Below, piece after piece: positions 28,670 through 37,694 of a DNA stretch of 64,000 nt. The stretch is from Solirubrobacteraceae bacterium. GTDB taxonomy: Bacteria; Actinomycetota; Thermoleophilia; Solirubrobacterales; Solirubrobacteraceae. Numbering within the stretch: the stretch's first letter is position 1; each line of letters starts with the position of its first letter. The DNA is taken from positions 9,480 to 73,479 of the forward strand of contig DASXER010000076.1 in NCBI GenBank assembly GCA_036490015.1, read 5' to 3'. The notes under the pieces were generated by a model. That model was not told where the DNA came from, did no database searches, and saw nothing but the letters and a program-made list of their open reading frames with translations. Both the position numbers and the translations under genes were made by a program.

Positions 28670-29854
28670 ATGGCCGCGCCCCAGTCCGTGCTCCTGGTGA
28701 CTCCACGGTGGGCCCGCGACGGCGGAGTGGGGGCGCACATGCAGCGCAGCGCCGAGGCGCTGGCGCGCAGCGGCATGACGGTTTCGGTGCTTGTCGCCCG
28801 CGTCGAATCGGATCTGCGTCCCGACGGCGTGACGCTCCACCACAGCCCATTGCTGTTCAAGGCCGAAGCCTCGATGGACGAGCGCTTCGGCACGGCCTTC
28901 GATGCAGGCACGCCCGATGTCGTCCACCTCAACCAGCTCGACCAGCGCGAGGTCGTCGAGCACCTGCGCCACCGCACGCCCGTGGTGATCAGCGCGCACG
29001 GCTTCATGTTCTGCACGGCGCGCGTGCACTACTTCGGCCCCGGTCAGGAATGTCAGCGCGCGCACGGCCCGGGCTGCGTTGCTCATCTCGGTCGTTGCGG
29101 GCACACGCGCAACCCGCTGCGCCTGCCGGCTCAGTACCGCGAGTCGAGCCGCACGCTCGACGCCTTCCGCGTCGCCGACATGGTCGTGTCGTACTCGACC
29201 TCGGTCAACCGCCATCTCGCCGTGAACGGCCTGCAACGGCGCGCGGTCGTGCCCTACTTCCCGACGATCGAGCCCCGGCTGGGCTCGGGTCACGAGCGGC
29301 GCCGGCGCGTCGTGTGCGCGGGGCGCGTGACCGCGCCGAAGGGCGTCGACACGCTCGTGCGCGCGGCCGCTCGGGTCGAGGGCGAGTTCGTGATCTGCGG
29401 CGACGGCTGGGCGCTGGAGTCGGCCAAGCGGCTCGCGCGGCGGCTCGGGCTCTCCGAGCGCGTGCGGTTCACGGGCTGGCTCGGTCCCGACGAGCTGGCG
29501 GAGCAGTTCGCCGAAGCTTCGATCGTGGTGGTGCCGTCGCACTGGCCTGAGCCGTTCGGCCTCGTCGGCATCGAGGCGTTCGCGGCCGGCCGCCCGGTGA
29601 TCGCGAGCGCGACGGGCGGGATCGGCGACTGGCTGCAGGACGGCCTCTCGGGGCGGATGGTGGCGGCCGGCGACCACGACGCGCTGGCGGACGCGCTCAA
29701 CGAGCTGCTCGCCGACCCGGAGCGCCAGCGCGCCATGGGCGCGGTCGGCAAAGCGACGGTCGCCGAGCGCTTCTCGGTCGACACCCACCTGCAGGCGATC
29801 CGCAACGCCTACACCTCCGCGCGGGCAACCTGGGAGCGCACCGGCACGGCCTAA
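28670..29854 (+). CDS. Glycosyltransferase family 4
   Basis: GGVGAH, AGRVTAPKG and WPEPFGLVGIEAFAAGRPVIA. Confidence 0.9.
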   Translation: MAAPQSVLLVTPRWARDGGVGAHMQRSAEALARSGMTVSVLVARVESDLRPDGVTLHHSPLLFKAEASMDERFGTAFDAGTPDVVHLNQLDQREVVEHLRHRTPVVISAHGFMFCTARVHYFGPGQECQRAHGPGCVAHLGRCGHTRNPLRLPAQYRESSRTLDAFRVADMVVSYSTSVNRHLAVNGLQRRAVVPYFPTIEPRLGSGHERRRRVVCAGRVTAPKGVDTLVRAAARVEGEFVICGDGWALESAKRLARRLGLSERVRFTGWLGPDELAEQFAEASIVVVPSHWPEPFGLVGIEAFAAGRPVIASATGGIGDWLQDGLSGRMVAAGDHDALADALNELLADPERQRAMGAVGKATVAERFSVDTHLQAIRNAYTSARATWERTGTA

Positions 29855-29860
29855 GGCCCG

Positions 29861-30988
29861 CTAGCGGCGCAGCGAGGAGAAGATCTCCTCCAACACGCGC
29901 GCCCCGTGCTCGACGCTCAGCCGATCGCGCGCGAACTCGCTCCCGCGAGCGCCTAGATGCGCCTGTAGCTGGACATCGCCAAGCAGTTGCTCCAAGCCTG
30001 AGGCGAGCGAAGCGCCGTCGGGCCGCGCGAGCTGCACCGCCTCGGCGTCGACCAGCTCGCGCCACGTCTGGCGACCGTCGAGCGCCAGCAGCGGACGGCC
30101 GCTCGACAGCGAAGCGGCGATCGTGCCCTTGCGTGAAGTGGGGCCGGGCGAGGCGCAGGACAGCAGCACTTCACAGGAGGCGAGCAAGTCGGACAGCTCC
30201 TGTGCCGGCAGCACGCCGCTGAAGTCGACCGCCTCCGATGCGATCCCGCGCATACCAGCTTCGCGCGCCAGCTCACGCCCACGCTCGGAGTCCGCCCCAG
30301 GAGCGCCGAGCAGTAGCAGGCGCACGTCGTCGCGCTGGCTGCGCACGCGCGCGAGGGCATCGAGCACGGGCTCCATCAGCGCCTCCTCGTTGCCATACCC
30401 GAACAGCCCCACGCGTCCCGGCACGACGGTCGGCGCCGGCACGGATGGCAGCGGAAGGTTCGAGAAGACGGGAGCCACGGAGATTGGCCGGCGCGGAAGC
30501 CAACGCCGCGAACGAGCCCATGAGGCGTTGTGCTCGGTCGTCGCGACAGCCGCCGACGAAGCCCGAAACAGGTCCACCAAGGCCATCCGCTGCGTGATGG
30601 CCCAAACCCGCTCCCGAGCCCCAGGCCGATGCCAGGGGTAGGCCAGCTCGTGAAGCACGGTGACGAGCGGGGCGCGAGCGGCTCGAAGCGTCCGCAGCAC
30701 CCCGGGAAGGAACACGGGAACGCCCCGGTGCGAATAGGCGAAAGCCGAGTAGTGCAGCACGAGAAAGTCGGGGCGCTCGCGCGACAGCTCGCCGGCCACC
30801 TGCTCACGCCAGGATGCGATCTCCGAGCGCGAACGCTCCTCACGCACAAGCCAATGGAATGAGCAGGGGCCGCTGAGATGCGTCGCCCGCGCCTGCAACT
30901 CGGCGTAGTCGCGCATCCCGGATGTCTCGCCCAGCGTCATGCCGATCACGGCGATGCGACTGCCAGTCGGCCCGTCCTCAGCGGCCAT
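29861..30988 (-). CDS. Divergent GT-B (GT4-like) glycosyltransferase lacking the EX7E motif
   Basis: SGMRDYA, VTVLHE, PVFSNL, VGLFGY and TSRKGTIAASLSSGRPLL. GT-B-like layout within the cluster. Confidence 0.65.
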   Translation of the reverse strand: MAAEDGPTGSRIAVIGMTLGETSGMRDYAELQARATHLSGPCSFHWLVREERSRSEIASWREQVAGELSRERPDFLVLHYSAFAYSHRGVPVFLPGVLRTLRAARAPLVTVLHELAYPWHRPGARERVWAITQRMALVDLFRASSAAVATTEHNASWARSRRWLPRRPISVAPVFSNLPLPSVPAPTVVPGRVGLFGYGNEEALMEPVLDALARVRSQRDDVRLLLLGAPGADSERGRELAREAGMRGIASEAVDFSGVLPAQELSDLLASCEVLLSCASPGPTSRKGTIAASLSSGRPLLALDGRQTWRELVDAEAVQLARPDGASLASGLEQLLGDVQLQAHLGARGSEFARDRLSVEHGARVLEEIFSSLRR

Positions 30989-32087
30989 CGAGCAGCCTGC
31001 CCCCGTAGGCGGCCTCGATCGCCTCGCACAGCGCGTCGCGATCGCCGGTCGGCACGACGACGCCGTCGCGTCCCTCGTCGATCAGCTCCTTCATGCCGGT
31101 GTCGGCGGAGACGATCACGGGCACGCCGCTGGCGAGCGCCTCGGCCGGGGCGTAGCCGAAGCCGTCCTCGTAGGCGGGATGCACGCACAGGTGTGCGTCG
31201 GCGAAGCGCACACGCGGGTCGCCGGGCGAGACGCTGATGCGTGGGTCGGCGGCGATCGCGCGCTCGACGTGACGGCGCATTCCGCGCGTGCCCCAGCCGC
31301 CGACGAGCACGAGGCGAATGTCGTCGTGGCGCAGGCGGCTGAGCGCGTCGAGCAGCAGCGGCACGCCCTTGTGGACGGTCAGGCTGCCGACGTAGACGAT
31401 CTCGAACTCCTCGCCCGCGGGCGCGACGCGCGGCACGTAGCGCGGGTGCGGGGTGAGCGGGAACGCGACCAGCTTCTCCTCGGCGACACCTTGCGCCAGG
31501 AAAGAGTCGCGTATATAGGAGGATGAGTAGAGGATCCTGCTAGCGGTCGCGTACTCGCGGAGATTGCGCTTGCGCAGATGCGTTACCCAGGGGCGTTCGA
31601 CCGGATACTGGCGGTGCGCTAGCGCGTGGCGCTCGATCACCGTGTCGTAGTGCGAGTTGGCGGACACGAGCGTCAGGCGGGCGTCTTTCGCGCGCGCTTG
31701 GGCGGCTTGGAATTGCGTCCCGGCGGTGCCGTTGAAGGCGATCACCTCGCCCGCGTCGGTGGGCACGGCGCGGGCGGCGCGCTCGTCGAAGTCGACGCTC
31801 AGCGACCACATGCGCCAGGCGCGCGAGACGCGCGCGAGCGGTGTCGTCGCGGCGCTGCGCACACGCCCGCTCGCGGTCAGCGGCGGCAGCAGCTCGGATG
31901 ACGTGCAGAGGTGGGCGTTGCTCAGCCCGGCGCGCTCGTGCGCGTCGAGGATCTCGCGCAGGTGGCGTCCAAGCCCGCCCGCGTCGAGCGGCGCCGGGCA
32001 GCTGACGAACGCCCGCTCGCGGTCGAGCGCTTTGACCTGCTGGTCCAGGCTGCGCTCGCGCCAGCCGGTTTCAGTCGATCCGGTCAT
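30978..32087 (-). CDS. Glycosyltransferase family 4
   Basis: VYVGSLTVHKGVPLLL and EDGFGYAPAEALASGVPVIVS. Confidence 0.85.
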   Translation of the reverse strand: MTGSTETGWRERSLDQQVKALDRERAFVSCPAPLDAGGLGRHLREILDAHERAGLSNAHLCTSSELLPPLTASGRVRSAATTPLARVSRAWRMWSLSVDFDERAARAVPTDAGEVIAFNGTAGTQFQAAQARAKDARLTLVSANSHYDTVIERHALAHRQYPVERPWVTHLRKRNLREYATASRILYSSSYIRDSFLAQGVAEEKLVAFPLTPHPRYVPRVAPAGEEFEIVYVGSLTVHKGVPLLLDALSRLRHDDIRLVLVGGWGTRGMRRHVERAIAADPRISVSPGDPRVRFADAHLCVHPAYEDGFGYAPAEALASGVPVIVSADTGMKELIDEGRDGVVVPTGDRDALCEAIEAAYGGRLLDGR

Positions 32088-33069
32088 AGCCCCAGAGCGA
32101 CACCAGGTCGCGCCCGAGGTGTTCGCTCAGCGCCACGACCTCTCCCTTGTAGCGGCGGCGCAGCTCGCGCATGAAGCGCTCGTCCGGCGGCGGCGGCTTA
32201 CCGAAGCTCGCGCGCGTCATCAGCGGGTAGTAGAGGCGCTTGCGCAGGCCGCGCGTGGTGAGCGTCTTGCCGACGTCGCGCACCGCGCGCAGGACGGGCC
32301 GCTCGCCGCGCATCAGGTCGCGGCGTAGGTTGTCGGCTCGCGGCGAGCGCAGCCCGACTGTCGGGTTGACGCGCGCGGCCTCGATCTCGACCTGCTCGTC
32401 GACGTCCAGGAAGCGCAGCACGCGGCGCACGGTGCCGACGTTGTCGTCGCGGAAGTCGTCGTAGATCAGCACCAGGATCTGCTCGTCCGGGAAGACGGCC
32501 CGGTAGCGTTCGAGCTGCGTGACATAGCGAACGCGCTCTGAGTAGATCAACGCCCCGGGCCAGTATGAGCGCGCGGGGATCTCGCGGTTTTCAAGCCGTG
32601 CTCCGTCGAGCTCGACGGCCGTCTCGAAGTCGGTCACGACCTCGTGATGGTTCTGCAGCAGCTGCAGGTGCAACGAGCGCAGGAAGCTCGCCGGCTCGCG
32701 GAGGATCGCGATGATGCTGGCGTCCGGGCGGGCGGCGGCGATGCGGCTCGCGGCCGACTTCGACCACAGATACGAGGTCGAGGCCTCGCCCACGCGCTGG
32801 TCGGAGTGGGCGCCCTCGAACAGCCGCAGGTACTCCTCAAGGCTTTCGCTCTTACGCCCCGTGTACGTGATGTCGCGGCGGCCGTCGGTCTGCGGGTTGG
32901 GGTTGTCGCGCGAGAAGAACCACGGCTCCTTGCCGGCGCCCTGTTTGTAATCGGGCATGAAGATCTGGGGGTGGCGGCCGAGCATCTCGTACAGCGCCGT
33001 GGTGCCGCTCTTGGCGTGCCCGACCAGGTAGAAGTCCGGGATGCGTGCGGGTGCGCCGTCGCTCGTCAT
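32071..33069 (-). CDS. PAPS-dependent sulfotransferase (type A, paralog 4)
   Basis: PDFYLVGHAKSGTTALY, GEASTSY, ILREPASFLRS and LWGYD. TAGAAT 6 nt before the ATG. Confidence 0.9.
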   Translation of the reverse strand: MTSDGAPARIPDFYLVGHAKSGTTALYEMLGRHPQIFMPDYKQGAGKEPWFFSRDNPNPQTDGRRDITYTGRKSESLEEYLRLFEGAHSDQRVGEASTSYLWSKSAASRIAAARPDASIIAILREPASFLRSLHLQLLQNHHEVVTDFETAVELDGARLENREIPARSYWPGALIYSERVRYVTQLERYRAVFPDEQILVLIYDDFRDDNVGTVRRVLRFLDVDEQVEIEAARVNPTVGLRSPRADNLRRDLMRGERPVLRAVRDVGKTLTTRGLRKRLYYPLMTRASFGKPPPPDERFMRELRRRYKGEVVALSEHLGRDLVSLWGYDRID

Positions 33070-33106
33070 CGGGCAATTCTAAGGGCCTGCGAAGATTCCG
33101 CCTCGT

Positions 33107-33919
33107 ATGCTCTACGTGGCAACCGTCCATTACCGCTCGCCGATCTGGGTGGAGATCCAGACGCGCTACCTGCGCGAGTCGATTTCGGCGCCGTTTGAGA
33201 TCTGGACTTCGCTGGAGGGCATCGACGCCTCGTACGGCAAGCACTTCGACCGCGTGCTCGAGCAACGCGGCTCGCACGCCGGCAAGCTCAACCACATGGC
33301 GCACGAGATCGCGCAGGTGGCCGCGCCCGAGGACCTGATCATGTTCCTCGACGGCGACGCCTTCCCGATCGCCGATCCGATGCCGCTGATCGAGCGCGCG
33401 CTCGCGCGCGCCGGGCTGCTCGCGGTGCGCCGCGCCGAGAACGTCGAGGAGCCCCAACCGCACCCCTGCTTCTGCGTGACGACGCTCGGCACCTGGCGTG
33501 ACCTGCCGGGCGACTGGACGGCCGGTCCGACCTGGCCGGGGGCTCGCGGCGCGCCGACGACCGACGTCGGCGGCAACCTGCTGCGGCGACTGGAGCTGAG
33601 CGGTACGCCGTGGGTGGAGGTGCTGCGCAGCAATCACCACGACATCGACCCGCTGTACTTCGGCGTCTACGGCGACGTCGTCTACCACCACGGCGCCGGC
33701 TTTCGCGTCGGCGAACTGAGCCCCGCCCACCGCCAGCACGCGCCGACGCCGTTGCCGGAGACCTCGATGCCGCTGCTCGGCGCCGCGCGGCGGGTGGCCA
33801 ACGGCCTGCGCTGGCGGCGCTGGGAAAGCGCCATGCAGCGTCGCCAGGTCAAGCAGTCAGAGCGCGTCTACGCCCGCATCCGCGGCGGCGGGCGCGAGTG
33901 GCTCGACGAGCTGCGCTAG
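33107..33919 (+). CDS. Hypothetical protein with a DxD motif; possible GT-A-fold transferase
   Basis: N-terminal beta-strand (MLYVATVH), DLIMFLDGDAFP, DVGG and YHHG. Sits inside the glycan cluster. Confidence 0.55.
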   Translation: MLYVATVHYRSPIWVEIQTRYLRESISAPFEIWTSLEGIDASYGKHFDRVLEQRGSHAGKLNHMAHEIAQVAAPEDLIMFLDGDAFPIADPMPLIERALARAGLLAVRRAENVEEPQPHPCFCVTTLGTWRDLPGDWTAGPTWPGARGAPTTDVGGNLLRRLELSGTPWVEVLRSNHHDIDPLYFGVYGDVVYHHGAGFRVGELSPAHRQHAPTPLPETSMPLLGAARRVANGLRWRRWESAMQRRQVKQSERVYARIRGGGREWLDELR

Positions 33920-33920
33920 A

Positions 33921-35231
33921 TCAGATCGTCGGTTCGGTGACTTCGGGCGCCGTCAGCTGAACTTCGAGCAGCGGGCCGGCGATCGCCTCGAGCCCTTCTT
34001 CGTTCGAGACGACGACGCGGTAGGTCTGCGTGCCCGAGCCTTCGAGCGTGCGTTCGAGCGAGAAGTCGGGTCCTTCGCCCATCACGATCGCGGCGATCGG
34101 GTGGTAGCCGACGCCGTTGGCGTTCTCGCGCTGCAGGTGCAGCACCTCGCCGGGGTGCGACGGCGTAAGGCTGCCCGTGAAGGTCACGACGCCGCCGGAG
34201 GCGATGCTGGTGGCCGACACTTCGCTCGTCAGCAGCGGCTGCACGGCGACTAGTCGGGCGACCGAGCGCTGATGGCCGCCGGTGACGCGGTAGTAGGTGT
34301 TGGCCAGCGGTTCGAGGCCGGCGAATGCGTAGCTGCCTTCTTCGCCGGTCGTCGCTTCGGCGACGCGCGTCAGCGTGCCGCTGTGGGTGCGGGCCATCAG
34401 CACGACCGGCGTGCCCGTGGCGGCGTCGGCGAGCGTGCCGTGCAGCGTCGTGGACTGGCCGTAGGCGAGTAGGTCGGGGGTCGCTTCGAGCGTCAGCTGC
34501 GGGTTCTGTGTCGGCGCGACTTCGTAGGTCAGCGGTTCGGACACGGCCGGTGCCTGGCCGTGGCGGCGCAGCAGCGTGCGCACGGTCGCGATGCCGGAAC
34601 GGCGGAAGAGGTGGCTGATGGTGTACGAGCCGTCGGCGCCTACGGTGGTCTCGCCGATCCGCCGCCAGAGCTGGCCGGGGCCGGCGCTCTCGCGCTGCAG
34701 GATCACGCGCACGCCCGTCTCGTCGGGGCTCACCGCGCCTTTGAAGGACACCGAGGCGGCGACCGCGTTGGTGTGACGCGAGTTGCGCCGCCCGGCCGGA
34801 AGCGCTGGGCCGGTGGGGCCGTCCAGCGTCAGCACGGCCGCGACCTTGACCGGCGTGCGCCGGCTGTGGGCGTGGCCGTCGCGTGCGACGAAGGCGCTGT
34901 TGTCTTCGAGCGGTTCGCTCGTGAACTGGAAGGCGCCGCTGGCGTCGGTGCTCACTTCGCCGACCGGCATCGTGCCGGCGCTGCCGGCGGTGTGCTGAAA
35001 GACGGCGATCGTCTGTTCGGCCGCCGCGGCTGGTTCGGGGCAGCTGAGCACGCCGTTCAGGGTGGCGCCTTCGCCGGCTCCGACGCGGGACGTGGCGGGG
35101 ACGAGTTCAATCGCACAGCCCCTTGTTTCCGCGCCGGGCGGGGCTTCGGCGTCACGGATGCGCGCGGACGCGGAGGCGCTCGCCACTAGGGCGATGCAGA
35201 CGGCCATCAGGGCGGCGAGGGACGCTCTCAC
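33921..35231 (-). CDS. Exported protein with about 4 tandem Ig-like beta-sandwich repeats
   Basis: GTG start before a signal peptide (ALMAVCIALVASASA). Repeated units of the form (T/S)-(L/F)-x-G-x-(L/V)...V-x-L-Q-R...T-x-x-x-G-x-(Y/F). The ORF-track N-terminal extension overlaps the GT gene and was dropped. Confidence 0.7.
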   Translation of the reverse strand: MRASLAALMAVCIALVASASASARIRDAEAPPGAETRGCAIELVPATSRVGAGEGATLNGVLSCPEPAAAAEQTIAVFQHTAGSAGTMPVGEVSTDASGAFQFTSEPLEDNSAFVARDGHAHSRRTPVKVAAVLTLDGPTGPALPAGRRNSRHTNAVAASVSFKGAVSPDETGVRVILQRESAGPGQLWRRIGETTVGADGSYTISHLFRRSGIATVRTLLRRHGQAPAVSEPLTYEVAPTQNPQLTLEATPDLLAYGQSTTLHGTLADAATGTPVVLMARTHSGTLTRVAEATTGEEGSYAFAGLEPLANTYYRVTGGHQRSVARLVAVQPLLTSEVSATSIASGGVVTFTGSLTPSHPGEVLHLQRENANGVGYHPIAAIVMGEGPDFSLERTLEGSGTQTYRVVVSNEEGLEAIAGPLLEVQLTAPEVTEPTI

Positions 35232-35377
35232 GCCGGTTCTATCGGCAGGTAGGGGATGTGCCTTGAGAACGCGTCGTGGGCGCTCAACGCCAGCGCAGGG
35301 GCGGGTATCGGGGTGTTGGGCCCTCAGCACGGCGAGGGCACAGAGTCGGCGCGGCGTCACGATCGGAAGGACGGGAC

Positions 35378-37681
35378 TCAGTGCCGGCGCGCCGCGAGGA
35401 CCGCCTCGTACACCTCTTCCAGCCGCGCGGCGATCGCGTCCGGCGCGTACTCGCCAAGCGCATCGCGCGCCGCCGTGGCGAGCCTCGTGCGCTCTCCGGG
35501 GTCGGACGCCAGCGCCAGCATCCCGTCGCGCAGGGAGTCCTCGTCGCGGCTCTTGAACAGGCGCCCGGTGCGCCCGTCGTCGATCACCTCGGCGGGACCG
35601 CCCTCGTCGGCGGCGAGCACCGCCAGGCCGGCGGCCATGCCCTCGAGCACGACCGTGCCGAACGGCTCCGGGATCACGGAGGCGTGCACGAGCACGTCCA
35701 GGCGCGCCAGCTCGGGCCACACGTCCTCGCGAAAGCCGCGGAACTCGACCCGCTCGGAGATGCCGAGCTCGTCCGCCAGCGCGCGCAGCTCGTGCTCGTA
35801 GTCCTGCTCGCCGAACAGCGGCGTGCCGATCAGCGCCGCGCGCTCCTCACCACCAGCGAAGGCGGAAGCGAACGCGCGCAGGAACAGGTCCTGACCCTTC
35901 CACGGCGCGATGCGCCCGAGCATCCCGAACGTCGCCGGCCCGTCGCCGTGCACGCGCGCCTGTGCCGGCGGGTCGACCGACGCCGGGATCACCCAGCTGA
36001 GCGCGTCCGGGTGGCGGTGAAGCGTCGCGAGCGTCGCCTCGGAGTTGGCGATCACGCCATCGGCGAGGCGGGCGATCATGGCGCGCACGACACGCACGGC
36101 ACCCTTGGGGATGTAGTCCTCAGCGATGCGGTCGCGCACGTGCCAGACGACCGGGATGCCGAGCGCCTTGGCGGCGATGCTGCCGTAGATGCCTGACTTG
36201 AGCGAGTTCGTGTGCACGACGTCCGGGCGCAGCGCGCGCAGGCGCGCGGTCAGCTTCGCCACGTATGCCGCCGTCGAGAGCGCGACGGCCGGCGGGGCGC
36301 CGCCGAGGCGCACCTCATTTCGGCGCACGTCGCGGGCGGCGCTCGCGATCTCCAGCACCTCGACCGACACGCCGGACTGCTGCAGGCGCTCGGCCAGCGG
36401 GCCCTGCTCGCCGAGGACCATGTGCGTGTGCACACCCCGCAGACGTGGCAAGAGGCGCATCAAGGCGATCTCGCCGCCCGACAGGCGCGCGACATGATCG
36501 AGGTACACCACGCGCGGGCGCTCGTCGCGCTCGCCGCGTTGCAGCCGGCGATACAGGTGCTCGTGACGCTCGCCGAGCGCCGGCCAGGAGAAGCGCTCGG
36601 CGTAGGTGCGCGTCGTCTCGCGGCTCGGCAGCTCGCCAGTGGCCGCGCGCGCGAAGCGCTCGGACAGCCGCTCGACGTCGCCCGCGGGCACCACCAGCGA
36701 GCGGTCCAAGCCGGCCAACACCTCTGGCAGGCCGCCGGCGTCGGTGACGATGCTCGGCGTGCCACAGGCGGCGGCCTCCAGCACCACGAGGCCGAACCCC
36801 TCCAGCGAGAGCGTCGGCACGACCGCCACGTCGGCCGCCCGGTAGGCGTCGACGAGCTGCTCGTCGGTGACCCTGCCGAGCACGCGCACGCGCTCACGCA
36901 GCCCGGGTTCTTCGGCGCGCTTCGTCAACGCTTCGCGCAGCGGGCCGTCGCCCGCCAGCAGCAGCGTCGAGCCGGCCGGCAGCGTCGGCGCGACCCGCTC
37001 CCAGGCGTCGAGCAGGCCCTCGATCCCCATGCGCGGCACGAGGCGGCGCACGCAGACGGCGACCGTCGCCCCCGGCGCCAAGCCAAGTCGCTCGCGCGCC
37101 GCGCCGCGCTCACCGGGCGTGAACGCCTCCAGGTCGACGCCCGGCTGCCACACGTGGATGCTCCACGGAGAGATGCGGTAGCGCTCGACGAGCACGCGGC
37201 GGAACGCCGAAGACAGCACCACATGGGCGTCCGCGCGGCGCATCGCCGAGCGCTCGATCCGCGCGCGCAGTCGAAGGCGCGAGCGCGAGCCGTCGCCGGC
37301 GGCGACGCTCTCCTCTGCCCACGGCCCGTGGAAGTGGAACACGAGCGGCACGCGTGGGCGCGGGCGCCGCAACAGCGGCAGCGCCGCATACAGCGCGAAG
37401 TGGGCGTCGATCACCTCCGCCTCGGCCATCTGCCTGCGCGCCCGCGCCGCGAAGCCGGCGATGCGCCGCGGCAGCGCGAGCGATGGACCGCCGTACACGC
37501 TAACCGACGCGGGGGCGTCCTCGGCCGGTCCGATAACGACGCCGGTGGCGTTTGGAAGCTGCTCGAACAGCGAGCGGTAATAGCGGTTCAGGCCACCCGG
37601 CGTGCCTGGGAACCAGCCCATGCCGAGCATCGCCACACGCGGGCTCGCGGCGTCCTGCTCAGGTGTGCTTGGCCCATCCAC
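35378..37681 (-). CDS. Two-domain GT4-GT4 fusion glycosyltransferase
   Basis: Domain 1: GGLNRY, FHFHGPW, EGFGLVVLEA. Domain 2: SGGEIAL, VHTNS, WHVRD, GRIAPWKGQ, EPFGTVVLEG. Confidence 0.88.
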   Translation of the reverse strand: MDGPSTPEQDAASPRVAMLGMGWFPGTPGGLNRYYRSLFEQLPNATGVVIGPAEDAPASVSVYGGPSLALPRRIAGFAARARRQMAEAEVIDAHFALYAALPLLRRPRPRVPLVFHFHGPWAEESVAAGDGSRSRLRLRARIERSAMRRADAHVVLSSAFRRVLVERYRISPWSIHVWQPGVDLEAFTPGERGAARERLGLAPGATVAVCVRRLVPRMGIEGLLDAWERVAPTLPAGSTLLLAGDGPLREALTKRAEEPGLRERVRVLGRVTDEQLVDAYRAADVAVVPTLSLEGFGLVVLEAAACGTPSIVTDAGGLPEVLAGLDRSLVVPAGDVERLSERFARAATGELPSRETTRTYAERFSWPALGERHEHLYRRLQRGERDERPRVVYLDHVARLSGGEIALMRLLPRLRGVHTHMVLGEQGPLAERLQQSGVSVEVLEIASAARDVRRNEVRLGGAPPAVALSTAAYVAKLTARLRALRPDVVHTNSLKSGIYGSIAAKALGIPVVWHVRDRIAEDYIPKGAVRVVRAMIARLADGVIANSEATLATLHRHPDALSWVIPASVDPPAQARVHGDGPATFGMLGRIAPWKGQDLFLRAFASAFAGGEERAALIGTPLFGEQDYEHELRALADELGISERVEFRGFREDVWPELARLDVLVHASVIPEPFGTVVLEGMAAGLAVLAADEGGPAEVIDDGRTGRLFKSRDEDSLRDGMLALASDPGERTRLATAARDALGEYAPDAIAARLEEVYEAVLAARRH

Positions 37682-37694
37682 GGCGGCGCCGGCC

